Positions 18,513 through 28,827 of a stretch of DNA of 64,000 nt are shown one piece after another. The position numbers and the translations under genes are program-made. Position 1 is the first letter of the stretch; each line of letters begins with the position of its first letter. The notes under the pieces were generated by a model. The model saw only the letters and a list, made by a program, of their open reading frames with translations, ran no database searches and was not told where the DNA came from. The stretch comes from Candidatus Helarchaeota archaeon (GTDB lineage Archaea > Asgardarchaeota > Lokiarchaeia > Helarchaeales > RDOG01): positions 1,411,318 to 1,475,317 of the forward strand of contig JAHPZH010000001.1 of the NCBI GenBank assembly GCA_019058315.1, written 5' to 3'.

Positions 18513-19385
18513 TTAAATAAAAGGCTGTGGAGGTTTAATTTCTCCTACAATTAATGCTGAAGGATTTTTTTTACTCTCTTTTTGTCTAAAATCCAGTAAT
18601 TTTTGGCCAATTTCAGAAAAAGCTAGAACGGGGATTATTTTTCCATATACTTTTCTAGCCTTTTTAGCTACTATTTCTCTCATGACTTTAGAACTACATG
18701 TCTGTGCAAAATCGAGCTGTAAAATATAAGGAACTATATCCTCGGTAATACCAGTAGAGTGCATTCCACAAACTATTGCCTTTGCATTATATTTTTTTTC
18801 GAGAGCACGAATTTTTTCTATATCTTTTGCCATTGCTGCTGGAATAGTGACGCCTACTTTTTTATAACCTAATTGAAATGCTTTTTCTAAACCAGCTATT
18901 TGATCTATTGTGGCATTTTCAGGATCTAGAACAGTTGCACCCAATTCTTTTAATCTAGAAATTACTTCAGGAATTGGAGTTGTTGAAATAAGGGCATTCA
19001 TTGCAATTCCAATACCTTGAACTATTTCTGGGTTATTAGTAATAACTGTTCCAGCCCCATCACATGGTTCTATCATACAATCAATTAAACCATTTTGTAA
19101 TGCAGTAGTAAATGTTTCAGATGCCCCAAGTCCGACTCCGAAGACCTTTGAGACTAATATCCTATTAGGAGTACATAAACGGGAAATCGATCTTATTTTA
19201 TTTTCTAGATGTTTTTTAACTGTTTCTTTTGTATGATAAGTTGTTCCAAGCATGCGTTCATGTAGAGGACAATATTTTACTAGTGGTTCAGTTTCCACTG
19301 CGATCACTTTCTTATTACTCACAATTACTCGAGCTTTGGCTATTTCCCAAACATGTCGATCCTCTTTTTTAGACAATTGTATCAC
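18513..19385 (-). CDS. DUF2099 / methanogenesis marker protein 8-like protein
   Basis: EPLVKYCPL, GASE, CDGAGTVI, VQGIG, TTPIPEVI, IDQIAG. Confidence 0.8.
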   Translation of the reverse strand: MIQLSKKEDRHVWEIAKARVIVSNKKVIAVETEPLVKYCPLHERMLGTTYHTKETVKKHLENKIRSISRLCTPNRILVSKVFGVGLGASETFTTALQNGLIDCMIEPCDGAGTVITNNPEIVQGIGIAMNALISTTPIPEVISRLKELGATVLDPENATIDQIAGLEKAFQLGYKKVGVTIPAAMAKDIEKIRALEKKYNAKAIVCGMHSTGITEDIVPYILQLDFAQTCSSKVMREIVAKKARKVYGKIIPVLAFSEIGQKLLDFRQKESKKNPSALIVGEIKPPQPFI

Positions 19386-19536
19386 TTTAAATTTTAATTA
19401 AGTAAAAGAATTTTCACTAATTAGATTGATAAAACTAAATATAACATAGAAATTCTATTTTTAGAATTATTTATTACTATGTATAAAATATTTCAATATT
19501 ATTTTTTATGTAAAATTTCGAGATAATTTAATTAAG

Positions 19537-19866
19537 GTGGTTGAAATCGGGAAAAGGACTTTGTTTAAAGGAATAATTCGTGGAACTGCAACTTCAAATT
19601 TGGAGGGTTGTAGTTTTGTCATGAAAATAGATGATAAGATTGAAGGTATACCAGAAGAATTCGTAGTTTATTCTACTAGTTTACGATCAGCATATGATTA
19701 TCAAAGTGGGAGTAATAAAAGAACCTTAAGCACTCAAATTAGACAAGGAGATTCTTTGGTAGTAGAAGGTGAATTAATTCAAGAATTCTTAGGAAATGAA
19801 AATCTTGAACTTATAAGAATGGGAGCGAAACATATCTATAATGTAACGTTGAAATGTGGTTTCTAA
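19537..19866 (+). CDS. Hypothetical protein, possible OB fold
   Basis: 109-aa ORF; IRQGDSLVVEG pattern; GGTGG SD-like motif suggests a start a few codons downstream. Confidence 0.65.
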   Translation: MVEIGKRTLFKGIIRGTATSNLEGCSFVMKIDDKIEGIPEEFVVYSTSLRSAYDYQSGSNKRTLSTQIRQGDSLVVEGELIQEFLGNENLELIRMGAKHIYNVTLKCGF

Positions 19867-19902
19867 TTTTCAATATTTTTAAAAAAACGAACAAAATATT
19901 GT

Positions 19903-21105
19903 CTAATTTATTTTTATATTATTTTCTTCAGCTATCTTCTGAAAAACTTCTGCAACCTTTTTAATTTCATCCCAAGTTAAACCATAAGTATTTAATTTAA
20001 AATGTTTTGAGGATCCTGGAAAGATTCCAGCAATTTTATCCTTTTTTAAAGCTTTATAGAGGAAATATCCTTTTTCTTTATGTTTTAAAGATGCTTCATA
20101 AAGAGAAGGGGTCTCAAATTGTGTTAAAGTGTGTTGTTTTGGTCTAACTCCCAGAGCTTTAACATCTTCGATTCTTTCCATTTCAGTAACAAAATATCTA
20201 ATCTTTTTTATTTCTTCATCCCAATTTTCTTGCTTTGTTCTTTTAACTACTCTAGGAAAACTAGCGATTAAAGTTGCGAGTGGTGCACCATATACAGGAG
20301 GACAACCAAAAAAGTGATACTCTTTCTGTAAAAATTGTCTAGAAGACCAATCACCTTTTATTGTAGAAGTTGAAAATATTTTTTTTGCCCATTCTGATGT
20401 TGTCCCAAGGACACCTATAGGTCCAGAGGCAGCCATACTTTTATGCCCACTACCAATAAGGATGTCTGCACCTACTTCTTTTCCTTTTATTGGCATAACT
20501 CCTACAGAATAAGCCCCATTAACCACAAGGGGAATTTTGTAATCCTTACAAATCTTAGAAACGATTTTAATATCATTTACATTTCCATAATTATAATCCA
20601 CATGAGTTAGAACTACAAATGGAGGTTTTTTTCCAGTTTGAGCATTAACTTCTTCAATTTTTTCAGCATATGCCTCCAAATTCAATTTAAATTCGGGATG
20701 ACCTTTATGAGGAACTTCTATAATTTTTACTTTATTATCTTCTGCAGCCAAATATGTTGTATAATGGGCAAGACTATCTATAACTACGACATCTCCTGGG
20801 TTGGCAATGACTTTAAAAATGATATTCATAGCCATACGTGAGCCAGCAGTCGGGCGCACTTCATCCATTCCCATAAATATTGCCATATCCGTTAAGAAAT
20901 CATGAATAGGAGGCTTATTTATTGTATCAAGCCGCCCTTCTAGACACATATCACATACAGAATAGCCATCCCCAAATTCAGATAATACTTTTTTGGCCTC
21001 TGGCGTCAATTTACCAGCAGCTTGGATTGGATGAATATTAATGAAATCCTTTTTTGTTATTCTGGTTATATTAGAATATTTTTGGAGTCTTTTAGGATCT
21101 ATCAA
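19903..21105 (-). CDS. pscS: O-phosphoseryl-tRNA:Cys-tRNA synthase (SepCysS)
   Basis: INIHPIQAAGKLT, GDGYSVCDMC, AHYTTY, THVDYNYGN, GSGHKSMAASGP (PLP Lys), FGC. Confidence 0.95.
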   Translation of the reverse strand: MIDPKRLQKYSNITRITKKDFINIHPIQAAGKLTPEAKKVLSEFGDGYSVCDMCLEGRLDTINKPPIHDFLTDMAIFMGMDEVRPTAGSRMAMNIIFKVIANPGDVVVIDSLAHYTTYLAAEDNKVKIIEVPHKGHPEFKLNLEAYAEKIEEVNAQTGKKPPFVVLTHVDYNYGNVNDIKIVSKICKDYKIPLVVNGAYSVGVMPIKGKEVGADILIGSGHKSMAASGPIGVLGTTSEWAKKIFSTSTIKGDWSSRQFLQKEYHFFGCPPVYGAPLATLIASFPRVVKRTKQENWDEEIKKIRYFVTEMERIEDVKALGVRPKQHTLTQFETPSLYEASLKHKEKGYFLYKALKKDKIAGIFPGSSKHFKLNTYGLTWDEIKKVAEVFQKIAEENNIKIN

Positions 21106-21222
21106 ATAAAACCCTCTAAATTTAATTAAATACCATATATGGAATATTACTAGTTGCTAAATATGAGAAGGAATCTAATATTAAATAAAAATCGATGGTT
21201 TAATAATATAAAAAATAAAAAA

Positions 21223-21687
21223 TTAGACATCAAGTCTTAGGCGAGTATAGCGAGGTTTAAATCCCAAATCATCAAAAATTTTCAAAGCTTTTTTTGTTTC
21301 TTCACGTACATTAGTTTCAATGGTGTCAACATTTTTTTCTCCTTTTAAAAAGTCTATAGCTGCTTTTAATAATTGATATCCAACTTGTTGACCTCGGCAT
21401 TTCCCTGATACATACCATAAAGAGATATCACCAAATCTTCTTTTTAACAAATCAGTTTCGATTTCTGCTACAACAAGACCACAGAGAGTTCCGTCTTTAT
21501 CCGCACAAAATATTTTAATGTCAGAAAAAGCTAATTCTTTGATTTCTAGCCCGACAAAATAGCTATCAAGTAAGGTTAACCATAAACTTTCGTAAAATGG
21601 CTGGTTTAGTGACTCGACGAATTCTTTTACTAAATCTGTAATTGCTTCTTTGTCTTTTTTTTCAACGGAACGAATTTTTACTGCCAA
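21223..21687 (-). CDS. GNAT N-acetyltransferase
   Basis: YV...RGQQVGYQLL acetyl-CoA motif; A.KIF..LGF. Confidence 0.85.
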   Translation of the reverse strand: MAVKIRSVEKKDKEAITDLVKEFVESLNQPFYESLWLTLLDSYFVGLEIKELAFSDIKIFCADKDGTLCGLVVAEIETDLLKRRFGDISLWYVSGKCRGQQVGYQLLKAAIDFLKGEKNVDTIETNVREETKKALKIFDDLGFKPRYTRLRLDV

Positions 21688-21861
21688 AACTTATTTCTCC
21701 TTTTAATTAATTGTTAAATTTTTACTATTGTTGGTAGGATATAAGTCTTTAAAATATTTCTTCTTTTTTGTAATGATTATTTTAATTGATAAATTTGCAA
21801 ATTTCTAACTTTTTAAAATAATAATAAGATAGATAAGTAAAAAATAATAGAGTGATTAAAT

Positions 21862-22665
21862 ATGTCCCCTTTCATGTCTTTATCGCATGTTAAAATGTAT
21901 TATGAGATTCATGGAGAGGGTGATAATTTTATTACAATGATTCATGGCTGGACTGAATCGGGAAAATTCTGGAGGGAACAGTTACCAATATTTGATAAAG
22001 ATAAATATAAAATAATTTTATTAGATTTAAAAGGACATGGAAGATCATCAAAAAACAGAAGAGGGTATTTAATTAGAAATCATTCGTATGACGTATACGA
22101 ATTGCTAGAAAATTTAGGAGTTAATGAGACTATATTATTCGGACATTCTTTAGGTGGGATGGTTACTCTAGATTTTTATTTTCGCCGTCCTATTAAGATA
22201 AGAGCCATGTGTTTATTCAATACCAGCTCCAGAGCAATGAGATTGCCAAGAAGTCTTTCAGAACTTGGAGGAATTGGTAGATTTGGGTTAAGAAAATTTT
22301 TTATGACTGTTTATGATTTTTCTCCTGACCGCGTATTTTCTCATAAAAAAGAAGAGAATGTCCAAGAACTTATTAAAGAAGCAAATGATCCCGTCATAAC
22401 TCCACCACGTGTCAGTATTATGTGTGGAATTGGAGCATTTAATTTTAATGTAGAGTACAAATTAAATAGGATAGATATTCCGGTTTTAATTATGACAGGA
22501 GAGAAAGATGCGGTTACACCTCCCAGATTAACATATAAAATGCAAAAATTTATTCCAAATTCAATTTGCCATATAATTCCAGATACTGGACATATGGCAG
22601 TCATTGAAAAATCCGATGAAGTGAATAAATACTTACTAAAATTTTTCTCTAAAAATAAACTCTGA
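21862..22665 (+). CDS. Alpha/beta-fold hydrolase
   Basis: IHGW, DLKGHGRS, GHSLGG, GEKD, TGH. Confidence 0.92.
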   Translation: MSPFMSLSHVKMYYEIHGEGDNFITMIHGWTESGKFWREQLPIFDKDKYKIILLDLKGHGRSSKNRRGYLIRNHSYDVYELLENLGVNETILFGHSLGGMVTLDFYFRRPIKIRAMCLFNTSSRAMRLPRSLSELGGIGRFGLRKFFMTVYDFSPDRVFSHKKEENVQELIKEANDPVITPPRVSIMCGIGAFNFNVEYKLNRIDIPVLIMTGEKDAVTPPRLTYKMQKFIPNSICHIIPDTGHMAVIEKSDEVNKYLLKFFSKNKL

Positions 22666-22678
22666 TTTCTAGGTTAGC

Positions 22679-23356
22679 TTATTTGTCTGATTTTTGTAAT
22701 AATTTTTTCCTATATTGTTCAATTTCCAAATTTAAAATTGCTTGTGAATCTTTTTTAGATAGAACATAAGGCTCACCAAGTAATTTGGCTTGAAATAAGA
22801 TCTGGGCCCCTGATTCTAAAACTTGTGTTCTGGTATAAGCTTCTTTAATCGATTTTCCTACTGCGATAGCCCCATGATTTTTTAAAACACAACTTGGGAC
22901 ATCCTTCATTGCTTGGACGACAAGCTGTGCCATATCTTCAGTGCATGGCGTGACATATGTCACTTGAGGAACATAATCACCCAAATAGACTACAAAATCT
23001 GGAAATAAAGGGACTAGTAAAATATCTACGGACGAAAGAGAAATTACGTAAGGAGGATGTGAATGAAAAATACAATTAATATCGGATCTGGCTTGATAAA
23101 GAAACAGATGTAATGCAACTTCGGAAGATGGCATTAATCGGGAGTCCAAAATTTTTCCGGTTGAAACATCAATAGGAACAAAATCGTCTATACTCATTTC
23201 CATAAAAGGGATTCCCGAGGGTGAAATCCACATAACACCATCCTCATCTTTAATCGAAGTATTTCCACCAGGTCCTATCACTAACCCTTCCTTTTGCATT
23301 AATTGGCTGTATTCAAGGAGTAAAGTTTTTTTCTTTTTAAGTTCTTCATCGGTCAA
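22679..23356 (-). CDS. Class II aldolase/adducin family protein (FucA-like)
   Basis: GGNTS, ISPSG, PSSEVALH, HSHP, LKNHG. Confidence 0.92.
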   Translation of the reverse strand: MTDEELKKKKTLLLEYSQLMQKEGLVIGPGGNTSIKDEDGVMWISPSGIPFMEMSIDDFVPIDVSTGKILDSRLMPSSEVALHLFLYQARSDINCIFHSHPPYVISLSSVDILLVPLFPDFVVYLGDYVPQVTYVTPCTEDMAQLVVQAMKDVPSCVLKNHGAIAVGKSIKEAYTRTQVLESGAQILFQAKLLGEPYVLSKKDSQAILNLEIEQYRKKLLQKSDK

Positions 23357-23416
23357 TCATAACACCAATATTTTATAGATTATATTCAAATAAAAATTAT
23401 AAAAAGATCGTAAAGA

Positions 23417-23755
23417 GTGTATTTAAAAATGCATAAGGCATTCCAACAAGTTGAAGAAGCGGATTTAGTTATATTTTTTTACAATTGGGAAGAATGGAAA
23501 ATTGAGAAGCCGTATAATAAAAATATAGAAGGTATTGAACAGCTGAATAAGAATATATTAAAAGAATCGATATTGAAAATGGAAATAAAACGAGATCTTG
23601 TAGTAGTAATTTTAGATAAGAGAGAATCTGATATACAAATTGATGAAATAACTAAGTTTTTAAAAATATTTAGATTTAAGAGAATGATTTTTCAAGCAGG
23701 AATATCAAATATGCATCCAGATGGTAGACCAATTCTAAAAGAGGAATGGTTATGA
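23417..23755 (+). CDS. Hypothetical protein
   Basis: 112-aa ORF, no recognised motif. Confidence 0.5.
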   Translation: MYLKMHKAFQQVEEADLVIFFYNWEEWKIEKPYNKNIEGIEQLNKNILKESILKMEIKRDLVVVILDKRESDIQIDEITKFLKIFRFKRMIFQAGISNMHPDGRPILKEEWL

Positions 23756-23873
23756 GGAAAGAAAATAAAAAGGAGATTATATAATTGAATTTACTTTAAT
23801 TTTTCAATAAAGTCTGGGATATTAGGAGCTGTTAAAATAGTTCCCTATCTTAATTAATTTAGATATTATAATA

Positions 23874-24182
23874 TTAAATTTTACCATGTTCCAATTGGTA
23901 GTACCGTGTCCATCCAACTATTGCTAATATTGCTCCAGTTATTATGATTAAAGCACCAACAATCGTAAAGATTGTAGAACTATTAAGCATTCTTTGTCCT
24001 TGAGATATTAATGGAAGTATCGTTATTATTAACATAGATGAATCGCTATCAAACGTACCCATCGTCGTTATCAAGAACAAAATGTTCGTAGTCATTATAC
24101 GATTGGCTAACATACGCATCATTAAGCTAAAACCTAAAATAATACCACCTACACCAGCCAAGACTAGGCCAATTATACCCAT
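23874..24182 (-). CDS. Small membrane protein
   Basis: Hydrophobic N- and C-terminal helices; the start may lie slightly upstream, after GAGGTG. Confidence 0.6.
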   Translation of the reverse strand: MGIIGLVLAGVGGIILGFSLMMRMLANRIMTTNILFLITTMGTFDSDSSMLIITILPLISQGQRMLNSSTIFTIVGALIIITGAILAIVGWTRYYQLEHGKI

Positions 24183-24360
24183 TGCAAATTCTCCTTTATG
24201 TTCCAGTTCTAATCACCTCTTAAGTCGATTTTTAAATAATAACTAAATTAATTTTACTTATATGCATTTTAAATATTACCAAGTAAAAATTTGTAAAATG
24301 ATTTCTTTTTTTAGTCAAAATTCTTTTTATAGATTAATAAATTCAAATTGATGTGATCAT

Positions 24361-25104
24361 TTGGAGTTGGGTATTGGAGAAAAATTTCAAAAGGAAACAA
24401 AATATAATCGTAATACCATGAAAGGTGGCTTTTTGGATTGGGTAACCAAACCTGACATTTATAAAACATATTCAGAAGTTAAAAAGATAAAGTTACCCGA
24501 ACCGAAACAAAAGAAAAATATGGTTCTTGATGAAATTTTACAAATAAGGCATAGTATACGTAATTTTTCTGAAGACCCGGTCAGTTTACAAGATCTTTCA
24601 TACCTTTTATGGGCTACAACAGGTATACAAAGAATTGAGCATGGATATGAGTTTCGAACAGCTCCTTCAGCAGGTGCACTTTATCCTATTGAGACCTATT
24701 TGGTTGTGAATAATGTAGAAGATCTTGAGCAAGGAGTATACCACTACGCAATAAAAAACCATAAATTAGAGCAATTAAAAGTAGGAGATTATAGCATTAA
24801 GATAGCTAGAGCAGCTTTAGGGCAAAAGATAGCTCAATTCGCTGCAGTTGATTTCATCTGGACAGCAATATATTTTAGATCGATATGGAAATATAAACAA
24901 CGTGCATTTAGGTATATTTATCTGGATTGTGGACATATTGGGCAAAATCTAGCTCTTGCATCAGTAAGCCTTGGGCTAGGAAGTTGCCAAATTGGAGCAA
25001 TTTTTGATGATGAGGCAAATGAAATAGTTGGAGTGGATGGGGAAAAGGAAAGTGTTATTTATATGTGTGTTGTCGGTCATCCAAAGCAAGCTTTTTTATT
25101 ATAA
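24361..25104 (+). CDS. SagB/ThcOx-family nitroreductase-like dehydrogenase
   Basis: RHSIRNF, RTAPSAGALYPIE, WKY..RAFRYIYLDCGHIGQN, IGAIFDD. Confidence 0.93.
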   Translation: MELGIGEKFQKETKYNRNTMKGGFLDWVTKPDIYKTYSEVKKIKLPEPKQKKNMVLDEILQIRHSIRNFSEDPVSLQDLSYLLWATTGIQRIEHGYEFRTAPSAGALYPIETYLVVNNVEDLEQGVYHYAIKNHKLEQLKVGDYSIKIARAALGQKIAQFAAVDFIWTAIYFRSIWKYKQRAFRYIYLDCGHIGQNLALASVSLGLGSCQIGAIFDDEANEIVGVDGEKESVIYMCVVGHPKQAFLL

Positions 25105-25167
25105 GGTTTAAAAACAGAATCTATCTATAGTTTCACAAATCAATTATGCCAGAGAAATAATTGGGTA

Positions 25168-26238
25168 ATGTATATGACTAATCAAGAATCAAAGCGTATC
25201 GAAATAATTGATTTATATCGTAATCAAAAACCTATCTATGAAGATGAAAATTTAACTTTGGTTAGATTGGAATCATTAACTAGAAATGGATTAAATAAAT
25301 TAAATAAAAACGATGCTTTAGTTATCATTCCGATTGCGCCTATCGAAGCTCATGGAAATTTTTTACCAATTGGTTCAGATTATATTGAAAGTATTTTGAT
25401 GGTTGAACTTATTAAAGAAACCTTAAAAGAAAAAAGGTCTAATAATCATTACACCATTGTTGAATCTCCAGGAATACCAATTGGAACAGGTGCCCTTCGA
25501 TCAGTTGAAGGTACTCTTGATATTGGACATAGAGCCTTTCGTGATTGTGTTATTGACTTTATTGATGGTTTAGTTAAAGCAGGATTTAAACGATTTTTAA
25601 TTATTACAGTTCATCATGGCATGATTCATGCTTATGCGTTGGAGGAAGCAGCAGATAAAATAGTAAAAAGATATAGAAAAAAAGATGTGAGAGTTACTTC
25701 TCCTGTGCATTGGATAGCTAAAACATTGTATATGGACGACCCTAAAAAAACATGGTCTAGATTAGTGGAGAAAATAGGACAAAAGTCTTTAAGCGATGAA
25801 GAGTTAGAAGCAATTAAACATGATCATCATGCTTCTATAATGGAGACGTGTTTTATGAAAAAAGTCAACCCTGATCTTGTAGATCCAGAATACAAAACTT
25901 CTGGACCTATTTTCGATGGAATTAACAATCAATTATTAGGTTTACTTACCAGCCGATATAAATATGACCACCAAGGACTTGCATACAACGGCAATCCAAG
26001 CTTAACAGACAATAGAGATTGGTATTCTCTTTATGTAGAAAAGATAAAAGAGATTGGTTTGGAATTTATTGATGCACTTTATAATAAAGATCCAAACGCT
26101 TTTAAACCATATCTTCACTCACATATTTGGCAATTTAAATTTCTTAAGACCAATTTTAAGCAATATTTTATTATTCCTTTCATTATCTTTATGATAGTTC
26201 TTCCATGGATCTTATTTTTTATAAATTTACAGACTTAA
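25168..26238 (+). CDS. Creatininase-family amidohydrolase with C-terminal TM anchor
   Basis: PIEAHG..LPIGSD, GFKRFLII..HHG, DHHAS.MET; hydrophobic C-terminus. Confidence 0.8.
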   Translation: MYMTNQESKRIEIIDLYRNQKPIYEDENLTLVRLESLTRNGLNKLNKNDALVIIPIAPIEAHGNFLPIGSDYIESILMVELIKETLKEKRSNNHYTIVESPGIPIGTGALRSVEGTLDIGHRAFRDCVIDFIDGLVKAGFKRFLIITVHHGMIHAYALEEAADKIVKRYRKKDVRVTSPVHWIAKTLYMDDPKKTWSRLVEKIGQKSLSDEELEAIKHDHHASIMETCFMKKVNPDLVDPEYKTSGPIFDGINNQLLGLLTSRYKYDHQGLAYNGNPSLTDNRDWYSLYVEKIKEIGLEFIDALYNKDPNAFKPYLHSHIWQFKFLKTNFKQYFIIPFIIFMIVLPWILFFINLQT

Positions 26239-26261
26239 TTAATTATTAACTTCTAATTTAT

Positions 26262-28385
26262 GTGGTATCATTGGTATTTTTATCAATTTTAAAAAAAATT
26301 ATCAATAGGAGAGTTTGGTTAGCAGCATGCTTTATAATTTTTAGTTTGAGTATGGTTAATTGTGCTAGAGGAACTTTTGATGAAATAAATGTGCAACGGG
26401 TTTCATTTACAGTGAATCCTAGATATACTTACGAAGTTAATTTATTTTTCAACAGAACTATGTTAAATTATGCAAAAACTCATAGTGTGGCGGGTTATTT
26501 ATTCACTCCACCCCCATATTACGCACTATTATATGTGAATAGGACTTCAGGACATTTCTCAGGATTTCCTACTATTATATGGTGTCATGGTGGATTAGGA
26601 AATGCCGAATTACAATACCATTATGCAAAAGAACTTGCAGCTAGAGGTTTTAAAGTGTTAGTAATAAATCAACCAGGTCATGGAGATAGTGGAGGTCAGT
26701 ATACAAAAGGAATAAACAACCTACCAGTGCTTTATTCAGCTGTTGATTATCTTTATTATCTTTGTTGGGATGTGGATCGTAATAGAATTGGTGTATCAGG
26801 TCATTCACATGGGGGAGTTCTTACCACCAGAGGAGGTATATTTGATAATTGGACAAATCCAAAAACAAATAACTCAATTGGGACAGGGGGTAAAATTAAA
26901 AGCTTTGGAGCAATATATTGTTGGGATACTTTGCTTGGGGCTACCACTTACATGGGGTTAAGTGAAAGACCACTTTATGCTCTTTATCCCGAACTTTTAT
27001 ATTATGATCCTGATTTCCAATGGATTTTTAGTCGTTCAAATTTTCTATCAAGCACCTTTCCTTTTACTATGCCAAATGAATTGGAAGCTCGCTCAGTTTC
27101 TAATTTCATTAATAGCACAAATATTGGCAATTATATGTTAATAATCGGAGCTGCAGAAGAATATATTTCAGTTCCTCAAGAATGTTTATTAATGGAGGCA
27201 GCTACAAAAAATTCAAGCGGCATACCTCAAGTTAGCGCTGAGGATATATTTAAAAATGTAATTTCAAGCTTGTCATGGAATTATGGAAATATAACGGATA
27301 ATAATTCAAGACGGTTGATTATAGTCCCAGGTGTTAACCATATAGGAGAGGGAAGTGATTCTATCGTACTCCAAAGCCTAGTTACATGGTTTCATGAATC
27401 GTTTGGAACAGGATACGAAAACTTTCCAATTCGTCTAGATTGGGAAAGAAATTATAATCTAAGACAAAGTTGGGCTATTGGTCTATTTGCAACTTTGTCA
27501 GCTATACCGGGTCTTGTTTCATATTTATCTAGCTGGTTTTCTCCAAAATTAGGAAATTTGCCAGATAAAAAGAAAATAAATAAAAATAATCATTTAATTA
27601 AACCGATTGATTTGAATACAAATAGCAAAATTAAATTATTAATATCATATTGTCTCTTTCTGATAATTTCTTGTATAATCGGCAGTAATTTAGTCAGAAA
27701 TACATTAGATATAAAAACATTTATTCAATTCTGGAATTGGAATTTAGCTTCTATCCCTTTATTAGTAATATCATTAATTCAGATTCCAATTATAATCTTA
27801 ATAATCCAATTTGAAAAGAAACATTATAAACTTGATTCAAATGATTATAAACTCTCTCCAAAATCTGTTTTAAGAGGGTTAATGATAGGTGCATTACCCA
27901 TTCTTCTTATAGTATGTATCTATGATATTTCAGCCTTTATTTGTAACGTTCCAATGCTACTGCCTCGCCCCTTTGAAGTTAGTGTTTATATAGATTTCTT
28001 TATTTTATTGGGAATTATGCTCCTTTTTTCATTAACTAATGAACTAGTCTTTCGTAAATTAATTCAATCAAAAATTGATAAGGGAAAAAGAAAACTAAAA
28101 CGTTGGAAAACGAATTTTATGGTTTCCTTATTGAATATTTTTATATTAATTATAAATTTTGGAATTATAGCTAATTTAACTTTCGGCACTGGCTTTTTTG
28201 GTCATTTTTCACCTTTAGAAGCGACAGGTCCATTTTTAGCCATAATTTGTGGTTGTATGATTATTTTAAATTTTGTTAATGCGTTTATTTATCAACGTTC
28301 AAAGTCAATCACGAGCACTAGTATATTTACTGCCTTAATTTTAACATTATTACAAACTGGAAAAATATTTGGAAATTATATCTAA
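26262..28385 (+). CDS. Secreted alpha/beta hydrolase fused to a polytopic membrane domain
   Basis: Signal peptide; HGG, GHGDS, GHSHGG nucleophile, NH; about 8 C-terminal TMs with an NE..FR (CPBP/Abi-like) motif. Confidence 0.82.
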   Translation: MVSLVFLSILKKIINRRVWLAACFIIFSLSMVNCARGTFDEINVQRVSFTVNPRYTYEVNLFFNRTMLNYAKTHSVAGYLFTPPPYYALLYVNRTSGHFSGFPTIIWCHGGLGNAELQYHYAKELAARGFKVLVINQPGHGDSGGQYTKGINNLPVLYSAVDYLYYLCWDVDRNRIGVSGHSHGGVLTTRGGIFDNWTNPKTNNSIGTGGKIKSFGAIYCWDTLLGATTYMGLSERPLYALYPELLYYDPDFQWIFSRSNFLSSTFPFTMPNELEARSVSNFINSTNIGNYMLIIGAAEEYISVPQECLLMEAATKNSSGIPQVSAEDIFKNVISSLSWNYGNITDNNSRRLIIVPGVNHIGEGSDSIVLQSLVTWFHESFGTGYENFPIRLDWERNYNLRQSWAIGLFATLSAIPGLVSYLSSWFSPKLGNLPDKKKINKNNHLIKPIDLNTNSKIKLLISYCLFLIISCIIGSNLVRNTLDIKTFIQFWNWNLASIPLLVISLIQIPIIILIIQFEKKHYKLDSNDYKLSPKSVLRGLMIGALPILLIVCIYDISAFICNVPMLLPRPFEVSVYIDFFILLGIMLLFSLTNELVFRKLIQSKIDKGKRKLKRWKTNFMVSLLNIFILIINFGIIANLTFGTGFFGHFSPLEATGPFLAIICGCMIILNFVNAFIYQRSKSITSTSIFTALILTLLQTGKIFGNYI

Positions 28386-28398
28386 TTTTGAATTGAAT

Positions 28399-28827
28399 TT
28401 ATTTAATTCTTTTAATTAAAAACTGTCCCTTTTTTTTCTGAAATGGTGGAGGAATATAAAAATTATACTGTTCATCATCTAAATTGATAATCCAGGAATG
28501 AGTAGATTTACGAATTATACTAACAGGTCCAGATTTAATTTGTTTCCAAGTTCCTTTTCCGTAACCTTTTTCAATAACTCCTTCTTTATCAAATAAATAT
28601 ATTGGGTCGTGTAATTCCATCATTATTCCTAGCCGAGGCCGTTCGTTTACTTTTGGTAATCCTTTTGGGACTATAAAATCAATTGCTACCTCTAAAACTT
28701 TACTTCCAAGAGCATAGTCAAGATGTTTTCCTCGTTTTTCTGCTATATGTTCACGAATAGAAAAAAAATCGATTTTGGATATAAATTTTTCATTTTTTAG
28801 CTGAAATAACGAGTTTTCATAACTCAA
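28399..28827 (-). CDS. Hypothetical protein
   Basis: 142-aa ORF, TTG start after GGTG. Confidence 0.6.
   Translation of the reverse strand: MSYENSLFQLKNEKFISKIDFFSIREHIAEKRGKHLDYALGSKVLEVAIDFIVPKGLPKVNERPRLGIMMELHDPIYLFDKEGVIEKGYGKGTWKQIKSGPVSIIRKSTHSWIINLDDEQYNFYIPPPFQKKKGQFLIKRIK

Noticed and set aside
24361-28385. RiPP (TOMM/mycofactocin-like) cluster from SagB + creatininase + hydrolase
   Set aside because: No YcaO, SPASM radical SAM or precursor peptide nearby; stand-alone SagB-like genes are common in archaea.
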